Shown here piece after piece: positions 13,253 to 25,175 of a DNA stretch of 64,000 bases. A model generated the notes under the pieces. The model saw nothing but the letters and a program-made list of their open reading frames with translations, ran no database searches and was not told where the DNA came from. The position numbers were made by a program, and so were the translations under genes. Numbering within the stretch: the stretch's first letter is position 1; every line of letters starts with the position of its first letter. Source of the stretch: Octopus sinensis (taxonomy: Eukaryota); the NCBI RefSeq assembly GCF_006345805.1, contig NC_043011.1, forward strand, positions 47,442,464 to 47,506,463, read 5' to 3'.

Positions 13253-13566
13253 ATCTACATATATACATCTGTCTCTTTATCATCATCATCGTCATCCTCA
13301 CCACCACTACAAGCAGTTTCACTTTCGTTTTTCCAGATTCTAGAATGATCTTAAATTCAAATTTTATAGGCTGCAAACCGATTGGCCAGAAAATGAATAG
13401 GACACATTTTATCACCACCACTACCCCCCACACCACCACAACCACATTGAGCTTAGTGCCATTTACATTAAACACCTCTTGCCTCAGGTTGCATGGCTGT
13501 TAACGGCAAATGGCAATACAGATAACCTTTCTAAGTAATTGAAAGTAAATATGATTTATTTCTCTC

Positions 13567-13727
13567 GGTGCAGACGTGGCTGTGTGGTTAAGACGTTTGC
13601 TTCCCAACCACATGGTGCCTGGTTCAGTCCGGTAACAGGGCACCTTGGGTAAGTGTTACTATAGCCTCTAGGAGACCAAAGCGTTGTGAGGGAATTTGGT
13701 AGACACAAACTAAAAGAAGTCCATTAC

Positions 13728-13768
<41 letters not shown>

Positions 13769-13946
13769 TGTTTGTCCCCCACCACTGCTTGATAACTGGT
13801 TGGCATTAGGAAGGGCATCCAGCCATAGAAACCATGGCTAATAAAAACAATTGGAGTCTGGACATCTCCCTGGCTGGCCAGCTTCATGTCAAACCGTTCA
13901 ACCCATGCCATCATGGAAAGCGGATGCTAAATGATGATGATGATGA
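13567..13946 (+). mobile_element. Chimeric element: SINE A 5' half fused to RTE-type (family C) 3' end with (GAT)n tail
   Basis: A sequence to ~13797, then GGTTGGCATTAGGAAGGGCATCCAGCC...CGGATGCTAAATGATGATG. Confidence 0.75.
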
Positions 13947-14003
13947 ATCTATGTCAGCTTATTAACTGGTACTTACTTCACTTACTGGAAATGGTTATAA
14001 TGT

Positions 14004-14421
14004 GGCGGCGAGCTGGCAGAACCGTTAGCACACCGGGCGAAATGCTTAGCAGTATTTCGTCTGCAGTTACATTCTGAGTTCAAATTCCGCCAAGGTCAAC
14101 TTTGCCTTTCATCCTTTCGGGGTCAATAAATTAAGTACCAGTTACACACTGGGGGGTCGATATAATTGACTTAATTCGTTTGTCTGTCCTTGTTGGTCCT
14201 CTCTGTGTTTAGCCCCTTGTGGGTAGTAAAGAAATAGGTATTTCACCTATCGTTACGTTGTGAGTTCAAATTCCACCAAGGTCAACTTTGCCTTTCATCC
14301 TTTCGGGGTCGATAAATTAAGTAGCAGTAACGCACTGGGGTTGATGTAATCGACTTAATCCCTTTGTCTGTCCTTGTTTGTCCCTTCTATGTTTAGCCCT
14401 TTGTGGGCAATAAAGAAATAA
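14004..14421 (+). mobile_element. SINE family B, dimeric (full unit plus headless second unit)
   Basis: Body GAGTTCAAATTCC..CAAGGTCAACTTTGCC..GCCCCTTGTGGG occurs twice in tandem. Confidence 0.85.
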
Positions 14422-14858
14422 GGAAATGGTTGTAATATGAAGCTGACTCCATTGAAATCCCAGTAAAATTTGAAATTGGAATTCAGAAGAACAAAATCTA
14501 AAATAAATACTGTGATATAATTCAGTCAGTGATTTAACATTTACAATAATTCCCTATTCTCCTCGTCTATGAATTCTTAAATGCTTTATTGACATGCAGG
14601 GATGGTTCCAAATTGTGACTGCAATAACCTCAAGTCAATAGTGCCAATTACTTCATTGATGAATATACCTGGTTATGAAAATTCAGGCAATTAACTTGAT
14701 TTAAGCTACTAATATGACAAATATTGCAACACCACTTTAATAGAAATGAGTATCTTCGTAGCATAGTACTCCTTTGAAAATCTCAGTTGTAGTGGTTTAA
14801 TATGAGGATAGTATTGTTTAGCCCCAGGTTACCGCAAATCAGGCAAAGTTACGATCAT

Positions 14859-14936
14859 GCGCAGGAGTCGATGTGTGGTAAGTAGCTTGCTTACAAGCCA
14901 CATGGTAAGCTACTTACCACACAGCCACTCCTGCAC
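14859..14936. repeat. Palindrome of two head-to-head SINE A 5' ends
   Basis: GCGCAGGAGTCGATGTGTGGTAAGTAGCTT / AAGCTACTTACCACACAGCCACTCCTGCAC with an 18-nt loop. Confidence 0.85.
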
Positions 14937-14938
14937 CT

Positions 14939-15118
14939 ATTCACATTGTTTTGAATTAATCATGCGTTATCTTGTAGCTTTGAAATTTCAATGATGAGAT
15001 TACTTATTTTTGGAATGGCATTATAGAGTTGGTGCAGGAAACTGGTTCTGGCCAATTTAAATGTAAAACAGGTTGAATATTTGGGCCAGATGTGGCCAAT
15101 TTAAATGCTAAAAGGATA
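14939..15118 (-). mobile_element. piggyBac-type MITE copy
   Basis: Reverse complement matches 6875-7095; ends ...AATGCTAAAAGGATAA. Confidence 0.65.
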
Positions 15119-15493
15119 AAGGTTTATATATTAACTAAGCATGGCATGATGTCACATTTCCTATTTGCTCTCATGAATTGTCACATCTCTACTGATATAA
15201 TTCAGCCCATTCCTTAACCCCATTGAGGTATAATCATAAATCTTTAATCAGCTGACCATATAATGCATAAGTGTGAAGAACAAATATTTACTCTTTGGAA
15301 AACTACAGAAGCCTGCTTTAACCTGATTGTCTCGTAAGACTACAGAATAACTTAAATTCCAAACATTCAGGTTGAGAGATAATAAGATTCTCCTACTCTG
15401 ATCATGACACCAGTCCAATGCAAAATGTATTCTCCAGGTACCACAGGTACTTGTTTACAGTTCAGTGTACAGTGACAATGTATGATGAAGTGC

Positions 15494-15929
15494 TTTCTTT
15501 TCTACTCTAGGCACAAGGCCCAAAATTTTGGGGATGGGAGCCAGTCGATTAGATTGACCCCAGTATGCAACTGGTACTTAATTTATCGATGCTGAAAGGA
15601 TGAAAGGCAAAGTTGACCTTGGCGAAATTCGAACTCAGAACGTAAAGACAGACGAAATATCGCTAAGCATTTTCTCTCCTGCATTGCTAACGTTTCTTAT
15701 TTCTTTACTGCTCACAAGGGGCTACACACAGAGGGGACAAACAAGGACAGACAAAGGGATTAAGTCGATTATATGGACCACAGTGCATAACTGGTACTTA
15801 TTTAATCGACCCCGAAAGGATGAAAGGCAAAGTCGACCTCGGAGGAATTTGAACTCAGAACATAGCGGCAGACGAAATACTGCTAAGCATTTTGCCTGCA
15901 TTGCTAACGTTTCTGCCAGCTCGCCACCA
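15494..15929 (-). mobile_element. SINE family B, dimeric, with two alternative tails
   Basis: Two B bodies in tandem on the minus strand. Confidence 0.85.
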
Positions 15930-16329
15930 TGTGAGGTAGTTTTCTTAAAGAGACAAGGTGCAGCCTGGTCTGAGAATTGAACCCACGACCTAGCAATCAT
16001 GAGCCCAATAACCAAACCACTGAGCCATGAACCACCACAAAATAGCTATAAAGTCAACATTTAAAGGAATAGTTTGATGTACTGATCAAACCAAGTATAT
16101 TATTGATTAGTATTTTTTATCTATCCTGAAGAGCAAACATCACATAGGGATTGGAACTGTGATCGTTAGTTTCACATTAATTATTGATTGAGTTGATTCT
16201 ACATTCAAGAAATACGAAACTGAAAGCATAACTTCTCGTCAAATTTGACAGAAATGTGGAAATAATCCTATGATTTCATATGAAACAGTGTCTCTAATCT
16301 AAACCTGACAAACTCAAACACACACACTA

Positions 16330-16364
16330 TATGTTTTATACATTAGTATATTTATATATATATT

Positions 16365-16425
<61 letters not shown>

Positions 16426-16660
16426 TATATATATATATTTATATATATATTTATATATATGTATATTTATATGAATGTGTGTGTAAAAGCTTGTGAATAA
16501 ATGTGTTGTGAGTGTGGGTGTATATTTATATATATATATGTGTGTGTATAGCATATTCATATATATGTATGTATATTTATATGAATGTGTAAGTAAAAGC
16601 TTGTGAATAAATGTGTTGTGTGTGAGTGTGTGTGTATGTGTGTGTGTGTGTCTACATATA
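16330..16660. repeat. (TA)n array plus two ~110-bp tandem units containing GTAAAAGCTTGTGAATAAATGTGTTGTG
   Basis: Unit starts at ~16461 and ~16571. Confidence 0.8.
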
Positions 16661-17122
16661 TTATTAGCCTGAGAGTGCAAAATCAAATTTACTGATTTGA
16701 GGTTTCAAATAGTACTACCTTCCTTTCTCATTATACACATACGCATATACACAAATGTGTGTGTGCATGAGAGAGAGAGAGAAAGAGTGAGTGTGTGGGA
16801 GTACGTTGGAGAGTGTGCATGCATGTGTGAGGAGATAAAGATTGACTCTCTTCTAATGTTGCAGTAGACTTTAATTCCAAATAGCCAGAGATATACCAGG
16901 ATTAAAAACATGAGTTGTTTTCACACAGTTGTTGTCGGAGACAGTAGAAGTGAAACCAGCTCCATTTAAAACTCTAATCAGTCAGTGCACACTGCAAGCC
17001 ATATTGATAATTATATACTCAGCTTCAAGCACTTGTAGATCTATATAAATCAAATGATTCACCAGAATCTGTGTCAACAGAAAACTGAAACAATATTTTT
17101 CATGCTTTAAATATCGCACACA

Positions 17123-17743
17123 TCTATATATATAAAGCTGAAGTTATCTGTGTATGGCAGGTTTGGTAGCCTTCAACTAACATTATCTCCTCCGAGACCC
17201 TGCAGCGCAAGTTGACCAAAATTGGAAGTATGATAGAAAAAGAATTACTCCTTCTTCCGTAGAAGAAAAAATTCAAATCGAACCATGTTAACACCAAAAA
17301 TTATTTACATCAAAAAGGTGCTTTTTTTCTATGAAAATCCCTATTTTTTACTATTTATAAAGCTGAAGTTGTCTGTGTATGGCAGGTTTGGTAGCCTTCA
17401 ACTAACACTATCTCCTCCGAGACCCTGCAGCGCAAGTTGACCAAAATTGGGAGTATGATAGAAGAAAGCTTACTCTTCCTTCCGTAGAAGAAAAAATTCA
17501 AATCGGACCATGTTAACACCAAAAATTATTTACATCAAAAAGGTGCTTTTTTTCTATGAAAAACCCTATTTTTTATGATTTTTTGACTGCTGTGTCACCA
17601 TTTTTTGTGGTATTTCAACCAGAAAAATGTTCATTTAAAGAAAATAACAAGCTACATAATGCAAAATTTTTACTTTTCAAAAATTTCAATTCTAAAGGGT
17701 CGAAAAGAAAACAAGCCTGAGCCATGCTGGGCTATACTGCTAC
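17123..17743 (+). mobile_element. Non-autonomous Helitron with internal ~225-bp tandem duplication
   Basis: 5' A|TCTATATATATAAAGC; 3' hairpin remnant CCTGAGCCATGCTGGG then ATACTGCTAC (CTAG variant); TATAAAGCTGAAGTT at 17131 and 17356. Confidence 0.75.
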
Positions 17744-18060
17744 TAAGTAATAAAGTGAATCAGTTCTCTGCCTGTTTCAACAATGAGTATTCCCATCATT
17801 TTGAATAATAGAACTACATATCCCTTGGTTTATAGTGTAAGTTGCATGTACTCAATGTAGTCATTTCTCAGTTTCATTGTAACAAATTAGGTGACAAGGA
17901 AGGACCTTTGAATTATTGATATAGACCATCAGCGAGGTTTCCTATGACTGCTTCACACAGTCATTTGACATGATTGAAATAGTAGTCAAATCTCCTTCAA
18001 TACTCACTGTACCATCTTAAATAAAGTAATATGCATTGAATAAATATAATCCTGAATAGA

Positions 18061-18138
18061 CTGGCTTTAAGGGTATCATAAATGGCCTGGTTGGAGGCCC
18101 TGGCTTTAAGGGTATCACAAATGGCCTGGTTGGAGGCC
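18061..18138. repeat. Two 39-bp tandem units
   Basis: CTGGCTTTAAGGGTATCA(T/C)AAATGGCCTGGTTGGAGGCC x2. Confidence 0.9.
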
Positions 18139-18296
18139 CAACCTTCCGAGTTCTTTTACAGGGATTAGAAAAACAAAAGGACCTCTGCAACAAGTGTGTG
18201 AATCTGAGAGGGGAGTATGTTGAATAAAATCATAATTAACTGATCCTTCTGAATTTACTTTTGCTCAAAGCTAGGAACTTTTCAGCACGCTCTCAT
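18139..18296 (+). mobile_element. Mariner transposon 3' end (transposase C-terminus plus TIR)
   Basis: Encodes QGLEKQKDLCNKCVNLRGEYVE*, matching the mariner-type W.KC....G.Y.E end, followed by TIR-like GGAACTTTTCAGCACGCTCTCATA. Confidence 0.8.
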
Positions 18297-18330
18297 AAGT
18301 AAGAATGGGTGTATATATATATGTATATAT

Positions 18331-18665
18331 ATCATCATCATCATCATCATTTAGCGTCCGCTTTCCATGCTAGCATGGGTTGGACGGGTCAACTGGGGTC
18401 TGTGAAGCTGGAAGGCTTCGTCAGGCCCAGTCAGATCTGGCAGTGTTTCTACGGCTGGATGCCCTTCCTAACGCCAACCACTCCGCGAGTGTAGTGGGTG
18501 TTTTTTACGTGCCACCTGCACAGGTGCCAGACAGAGCTGGCGAACGGCCACGAACGGATGGTGCTTTTACGTGTCACCGGCACGGGGCCAGGCGATGCTG
18601 GCAACGGACACGAACGGATGGTGCTTTTACGTGCCACCGACACGGGGCCAGACAGAGCTGGCAAT
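18331..18665 (-). mobile_element. Family C: RTE-type LINE 3' UTR with (GAT)n tail and internal ~60-bp subrepeats
   Basis: Reverse complement ends GCATGGAAAGCGGACGCTAAATGATGATG; repeated TTTTACGTG(C/T)CACC modules. Confidence 0.8.
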
Positions 18666-19047
18666 ATATATATATGTGCGAGTATATATGTTTAAGTATG
18701 CCAGTGTATGAAGAAAAAGCCGGAAAGTGAAAGCAAGAGATAACATTTAAATTTCTCTTTCATTGATCAGCATCATAGACACTAATCACAATTGTAACGT
18801 CCAGTTTTCAATACTGCCACAGGTAGCAGCCGTCTCGTATTCACACAAGTATTTGTATATTTGCTTTTAATTTCATAAAAAGATAATGTTTGACCTCATT
18901 GTCATGGTTATCTAACATTTTTAGGTTTCCCTGAACAATACTGTTGCAGATAAGTTGGAATTTTAATTAAAATTCTGAAAATACAATTGTATTTCAATAT
19001 TAAATAACATTGTGAAATCTAAGAACCCATGGCTGCTTTTGTAACAT

Positions 19048-19095
<48 letters not shown>

Positions 19096-19413
19096 ATGTG
19101 TGTGTGTGCATGTGCGTGTGCGTGTGTGTGTGTGTGTGTGTATTTTTGTGAGTCTGCATTGGTGTGCCTGTGCATACACACATACACACACACTTGTACG
19201 TATGTTTATGTAATGCATACATATAGATGTGAGAATGCTTATCTTTCTTTTAATCTATTTGCACATACACTCATACATACATCCCCACCACATGCACATG
19301 ATACTATGAGTGGTCTTTCTACACTTCTGAAAACCGTTGGAATGAAGGAAATCCTTTATTTGAGAAACATACACTGAATACTGAATGAAAACCCACAAAC
19401 TCACGCACACCCC

Positions 19414-19479
<66 letters not shown>

Positions 19480-19762
19480 ATATATATATATCTATATATA
19501 TATATATATATATAGATAAATAGATAGATAGATAGATGCTTTTAATCTTTTACTTGTTTCAGTCATTTGACTGTGGCCAAGCTGGAGCATTACCTTCAAG
19601 AGCACTGGGGCACTGGGATCGATCTAATTGGCATATTTCTCTCCCCAAAATTGCTGGCCTTGTGCCTATAGTAGAAAGTATTATTATTATTATTACAATT
19701 ATTATTATTATTACTACTATTATTATTATTATTATTATCATTATTACTATTATTATTATTAC

Positions 19763-19801
<39 letters not shown>

Positions 19802-19804
<3 letters not shown>

Positions 19805-20145
19805 TCGTTTAGCGTCCGTTTTCCATGCTAGCATGGGTTGGACGGTTCAACTGGGGGTCTGTGAAGCCGGAAGGCTTCATCAGGCCCAGTCAGATCTGGC
19901 AGTGTTTCTACGGCTGGATGCCCTTCCTAACGCCAACCACTCCGTGAGTGTAGTGGGTGCTTTTTACGTGCCACCCGCACAGGTGCCAGACAGAGCTGGC
20001 AAACGGCCATGAACGGATGGTGCTTTTTACGTGCCACCGGCACGAGGCCAGTCGGGGCGGCGCTGGCAACGGTCACGAACGGATCGTTCTTCTATGTGCC
20101 ACCGGCACTGGTAACTCATCTGCAATTTCCATTGATCGATTTCGA
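19802..20145 (-). mobile_element. Family C (RTE-type 3' end)
   Basis: Same motifs as 18331-18665. Confidence 0.8.
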
Positions 20146-20176
20146 TTCTGATCTTATTATTATTATTATTTTTATT

Positions 20177-20452
20177 GTCACCTCTGCCTTAGTGAAGGCG
20201 GAGGTATTGTTTTCAGTCATGCTTGTGTGTTTCTTTGTCTGAGGATTCAGATGAAACTTTGAGGCCTCATGACCAGCACGAACTGATTAGATTTTGGGCT
20301 CGATCTTGTACCCCACAAAGATTCTGGATTATTTTCCCATTTTTTTTTTACTTAATTTTTGAGAGTGGTTGGGTTCATTTTTCGTATCTTTGTTTGTGAG
20401 AGCAGTTGAATTTATTTCAGATATTCTCATTTTAAAAAATTATCTCTGGCTA
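20177..20452 (+). mobile_element. Helentron/HINE-like non-autonomous element fragment
   Basis: Inserted in a T-rich site; 5' hairpin ACCTCTGCC-TTAGTGAA-GGCGGAGGT followed by ATTGTTTTCAGTC, typical of DINE/HINE-type ends. Confidence 0.5.
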
Positions 20453-20455
20453 ATA

Positions 20456-20674
20456 TGTGTGTGTGTGTGTGTCTGTGTTTGTCCCCCCAACATTGCTTGA
20501 CAATCGATGCTGGTGTGATTGCACCCTGGTAACTTAGCGGTTCGGTAAAAGAGACCGATAGAATAAGTGCTAGGCTTACAAAGAATAAGTCCTGGGATTG
20601 ATTTGCTCGACTAAAGGCGGTGCTGCAGCATGGCCACAGTCAAATGACTGAAACAAGTAACAGAGTAAAGAGAG
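20456..20674 (+). mobile_element. SINE family A, 3' half
   Basis: From the internal (GT)n to the GAGTAAAGAGAG tail. Confidence 0.85.
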
Positions 20675-20717
20675 TAATTCTGCCAGCCTTCCACCTTTCT
20701 ATTAGTCTATAATAACC

Positions 20718-20912
20718 CTTTCTACAATAAGCAAAAAGCCTGAAATTTTGGGGAGGGGGATAATCGATTACATCAACCCTTAATTTACTGACCCTGAAAG
20801 GATGTAGGGTAAAGTTGACTTCGGCGGAATTTGAACACGGAACATAGCAACGGACGAAATGCTGTTAAGCATTTTGTTCAGCATGCTAATGATTCTGCCA
20901 GCTCGCCGCCTT
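20718..20912 (-). mobile_element. SINE family B
   Basis: Ends GCCAGCTCGCCGCC (reverse head). Confidence 0.8.
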
Positions 20913-21450
20913 ATATTAGTGTATGATAACGATAATGACTCATCTAAGAAATAGATTATCAGGTGATATACTTGTGTGTATGCTTAACAATAAATATTTA
21001 TGTGTTTATCTATGTGTGTGTTTGTGATAGTAAATTGAAGAATGTATATTTTATACATGCATGCAAAATGACATAATGGTAGATGAAATGAAGCTAAACA
21101 GCATGAACACATTCCTACTCACACAAAATATGCATACATAAACTTATGTGGATGAATTCTGCATTACAGTGATTAGCTATTGTTCTTACCTGCCACCATA
21201 AATGCAATCACAGGTATTCAGTACAATATTTAATTAAAGAACTTTGCTTTACCTTCCTCAGTAGATATATGCAAGAATCACTGTATGTCACAAGAAAGAG
21301 TTTTAAAAAACCTTGCTTTTATCACACTGAGATGCCACAATTCTTATGCTACCCTGTTGAGAGATCACCAGTAAATAAAATTTAATTCATCTGTCCATCT
21401 TTCTATCTCTCTGTCTCTCCCCTTCTGTATGCATATATATATATATATAC

Positions 21451-21858
21451 ATTCTTTTTTTTTTTACTTGTTTCAGTCATTTTGACTGTGGCCATGCTGG
21501 AGCACCACCTTTAATCGAGCAACTCAAACCCGGGACTTATTCTTTGTAAGCCCAGTACTTATTCTATCGGTCTCTTTTGCCAAAACGCTAAGTGACGGGG
21601 ACATAAACACACCAGCATCGGTTATCAAGCAATGCTAGGGGGACAAACACAGACACACAAACATACATGCACATACATATATATATACATATATACGACG
21701 GGATTCTTTCAGTTTCCGTCTACCAAATCCACTCACAAGGCTTTGGTCGGCCCGAGGCTATAGTAGAAGACACTTGCCCAAGGTGCCATGCAGTGGGACT
21801 GAACCCGGAACTATGTGGTTGGTAAACAAGTTACTTACCACACAGCTACTCCTGCACC
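21451..21858 (-). mobile_element. SINE family A, full-length
   Basis: Near-identical to 1221-1639. Confidence 0.9.
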
Positions 21859-21934
<76 letters not shown>

Positions 21935-22317
21935 CACACACAAACAACCTCCAGATTTTACTTAAGCTTAGCAGTATTAATAAGCTGATGTTAGCACTCA
22001 ATGTACATTTGCTTCAGAATAAAGCATTAGGCAAGTACAGAGCATAATACAAAGTTAGATAAATAACAAAGGAACAGGAATTCTCATCAATTTCATTAGC
22101 TTACAGCAGTTTCATTTATAAGCTGCAGTGCATATAGAACTGGGTACTGATGCATCACCTTACAACTTCCTCAGAGTTTCTGTTCCCTTGTCATTTATTT
22201 AACATCTATCTGTCTGTCTGTCTGTCTGTCTGTCTGCCTGTCTGTCTGTCTATCTTTCTATCTATTTACCTGTCTGCTTGTCTGTCTATCTGTCTGTATA
22301 TCTATCTATTTTTCTAC

Positions 22318-22356
<39 letters not shown>

Positions 22357-23459
22357 CCTGTCTGTACATCTATCTAAACATGCATAAATACACAGACACA
22401 GACACACACACACATATATATGCATATATATACAGATATACGTAAGTTAAATTCAGCTTACATTGAAAGTCAACAAACGAAGTTTGCTTTAGAGATGTAC
22501 TGAAATAGCATTATCCTGCATTTGAGAATAAAATTATTTCCTTATCTGTACCTTATATATATATATATATATGTATATTCATATGAAAACCACAAAACTG
22601 CAGAAGGCAGATTATGAGTAGCATAATCTCAGATCAGTCCTGATTGAGTTGTCCTCTTGTGAAAACCATTTCAACATTAACAGTGCTGTTATTCTCTTCG
22701 CAAGCATAGTAGATCAGGGACTACATTATCTTATGTCTCATTGCTTTAGAGTAAGGCAACGAGGTGTAATTTGAGGAAGATTTGACTATTACTTCAAGTA
22801 AGTTGAATGACAATGTGATGCACCCTGATCTCAATGACTCACATTGGTGTGAAATTTTTTGTCGGTAAACTAAAATATTCGAGAAATCACCGAGAAGGCT
22901 AGTTGCAAAGAAATTCTGTATAAGCTACCAACTTCTCCTAATTGATGTACAAAACACTCCTAACTAATTTAATCAAATGAGGGACAATGTTGTTGAAACA
23001 CCTGACAACATGGGTGTGATCACTGATAATGATGTAAATTTTCTGCAATACTCTTCAGGTATAACTTAAGTAACTAATATTACTCTTGAACTAAAAAAAA
23101 AATATATTCTTGATTGACATGCAATCATATATAAGATATACCTATGATTATGGGTCGTGTAATCACAGTAAAAGAAATCGGTACATGTGCTTATATGCTA
23201 ACACAATTGCAAGCAGTAGACTAAAATAAATGAATGGGAATACAAGAAAATTATGTATACACGAAATGTTAGCAGCCTAAAAGGAGGAAGTTATTAATAA
23301 TTATATGTATTATCCATTCAGTGTACACACATATACTTTTGTCACAAGAAAAAAATATTTATGCAACGTAAGGTTTTTACACAATCAGCTGATGAAAAAT
23401 AAAAGCAAAACGTGCTCTCATGTGTGATTAGCACTGACTCTTCTTTGGTATTATGACCT

Positions 23460-23870
23460 AGGTGCAGGCATGGCTGTGTGGTAAGAAGGGCGGCGAGCTG
23501 GCAGAAATCTTTGCACACCGTGTGAAATGCTTAGCTGTATTTCAACTGTCTTTACTTTCTGAGTTCAAATTCCGCCGAGGTTGACTTTGCCTTTCATCCT
23601 TTCGATAAATTAAGTAGCAGTTACGCACTGAGGTCGATGTAATTGACTTAATCCCTTTGTCTGTCCTTGTTTGTCCCCTCTACGTTTAGCCCCTTGTGAG
23701 CAATAAAGAAATAAGAAGCTTGCTTCCCAATTACAGAGTTCTGGGTTCAGTCCCATTGTGTGGCACCTTGGGTAAGAGTCTTCTACTATAAGTGAAGCCT
23801 TGTCAATGCATCTGGTAGACAGAAGCTGTGTGTGTGTGTGTATTTGTCCCCTGTCACTGGTCTCAGAAAT
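23460..23870 (+). mobile_element. Old SINE A copy interrupted by a SINE B insertion
   Basis: A head at 23460-23488 resumes at 23719 (CTTGCTTCCC...). Confidence 0.75.
23489..23711 (+). mobile_element. SINE family B, full-length, nested, with TAAGAAG target-site duplication
   Basis: TSD at 23482-23488 and 23712-23718. Confidence 0.9.
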
Positions 23871-24814
23871 ATGGTAAATTTTATTTGGGAACCACACATC
23901 TATGGTTCTTGTAGGAACATAGAAAATTAGAATTCAAAGTCACAAAATTACTTGCTACTTTAAATTAAAACAACCGTATAAATTCACAAGTAAGGTGTTT
24001 GTTGTGCCTAAGGTAAGAGATCCAAGATATAGTAGAAGTCAAAAAGATTGTAGCAAAAAATATTAATTTCATTAAAAAACAGTGGGGAGCTAAAGAAGGG
24101 AGCCTCTGTGTGATCACTCAACCTACTAGAAATAGCAACTAAACTTTTATCAAACTCTTTAATATCTTAGTCACCAACAAACATTCTGAAGCCACCTTGA
24201 ACCATTGAGGTCAGGGTGCTTTACATTGTGATTGAACTTGCTAGAAATAGCAGCCAAACCTTCTTCAAATTACATTTTATTGCCTTATTTTAAAGCAATG
24301 AGACTATCTTAAAACTGGAAGGAAAGATCTTAAAAATGGAAGGAAATATGTGCTTTCAGGATAATGTGGTTCTGGATACATTATATTTTAAACGAAGATG
24401 GTAGGATATGCTTTGAATACCTTTGATCATTGGTTTATTCAATCAGGGTTTATCTGAAGGTAAGCAACAACAACAACTACTATATCCCAGTATAGGATTG
24501 GCCAATCATATAAATTATTCAACAGGTGAAGCAACAAGACAGCAAATCATCTTGGACATGATCCATACAAGCTAGAATCAATTACCAAAAGTAGGAGTTA
24601 AATCAAAACCAAACAACCAATTCCAAAATAGCTCTGATAACTACAAGAACATGAAATTTGCTGCATCTTTCTAATATGTATGAAAAAGTTGGTATTTCCA
24701 AGATTTGCTTATCAGCTATAAAAGGAAAGGAAGCTAAATGCTCATTTAAATAACATGAGGTGCTCATCCCACCAACTCAACCAGAAGGTGTTGGCACCTA
24801 ACGTACCATTTTAG

Positions 24815-24834
24815 CTATGATACTCCACATTTTG
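24815..24834 (+). other. Candidate 20-nt microexon
   Basis: CTAAC branch-like motif at 24798, CATTTTAG| acceptor and TTG|GTAAAG donor; reads xYDTPHF. Confidence 0.15.
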
Positions 24835-25165
24835 GTAAAGATAAGAACACAAATAAAGATACACATTTCAATTATAATTTCTAATTATTAAAACTGCAGA
24901 TAATATTGTTGGAATTCTCATCTAATTTAGAAGATGAAAAGAGCAAGAATTGTAATTATATAATAATTATAATTAGCTACTACTAATGAGAATTCATTTA
25001 AGTTATATTTTGATAACAACAAAAAAAAAAGAGATCTTGACAATATTTTTGAGCAAAACAGCAAATTAATCAAAGTAATCTCAGTAAATATGTTATGAAT
25101 CTTTAAGCAGTGAGTACACATTATCAGTACTTCATGGTTCTCCATGCATTTAATTTCATTTTTAG

Positions 25166-25175
25166 ATGGCACAAA
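25166..25175 (+). other. Candidate 10-nt microexon
   Basis: TTTCATTTTTAG|ATGGCACAAA|GTAAGA. Confidence 0.2.

Noticed and set aside
12876-13475. Longest ORF (199 aa, minus strand)
   Set aside because: Runs through (CA)n, an A-type SINE fragment and (GTG)/(GAT) runs; low complexity, no domain-like segment.
18059-18228. Gly-rich 13-aa repeat in frame with the mariner C-terminus
   Set aside because: Bounded by an upstream stop with no start or acceptor; only two units, so the frame continuity is probably coincidental.
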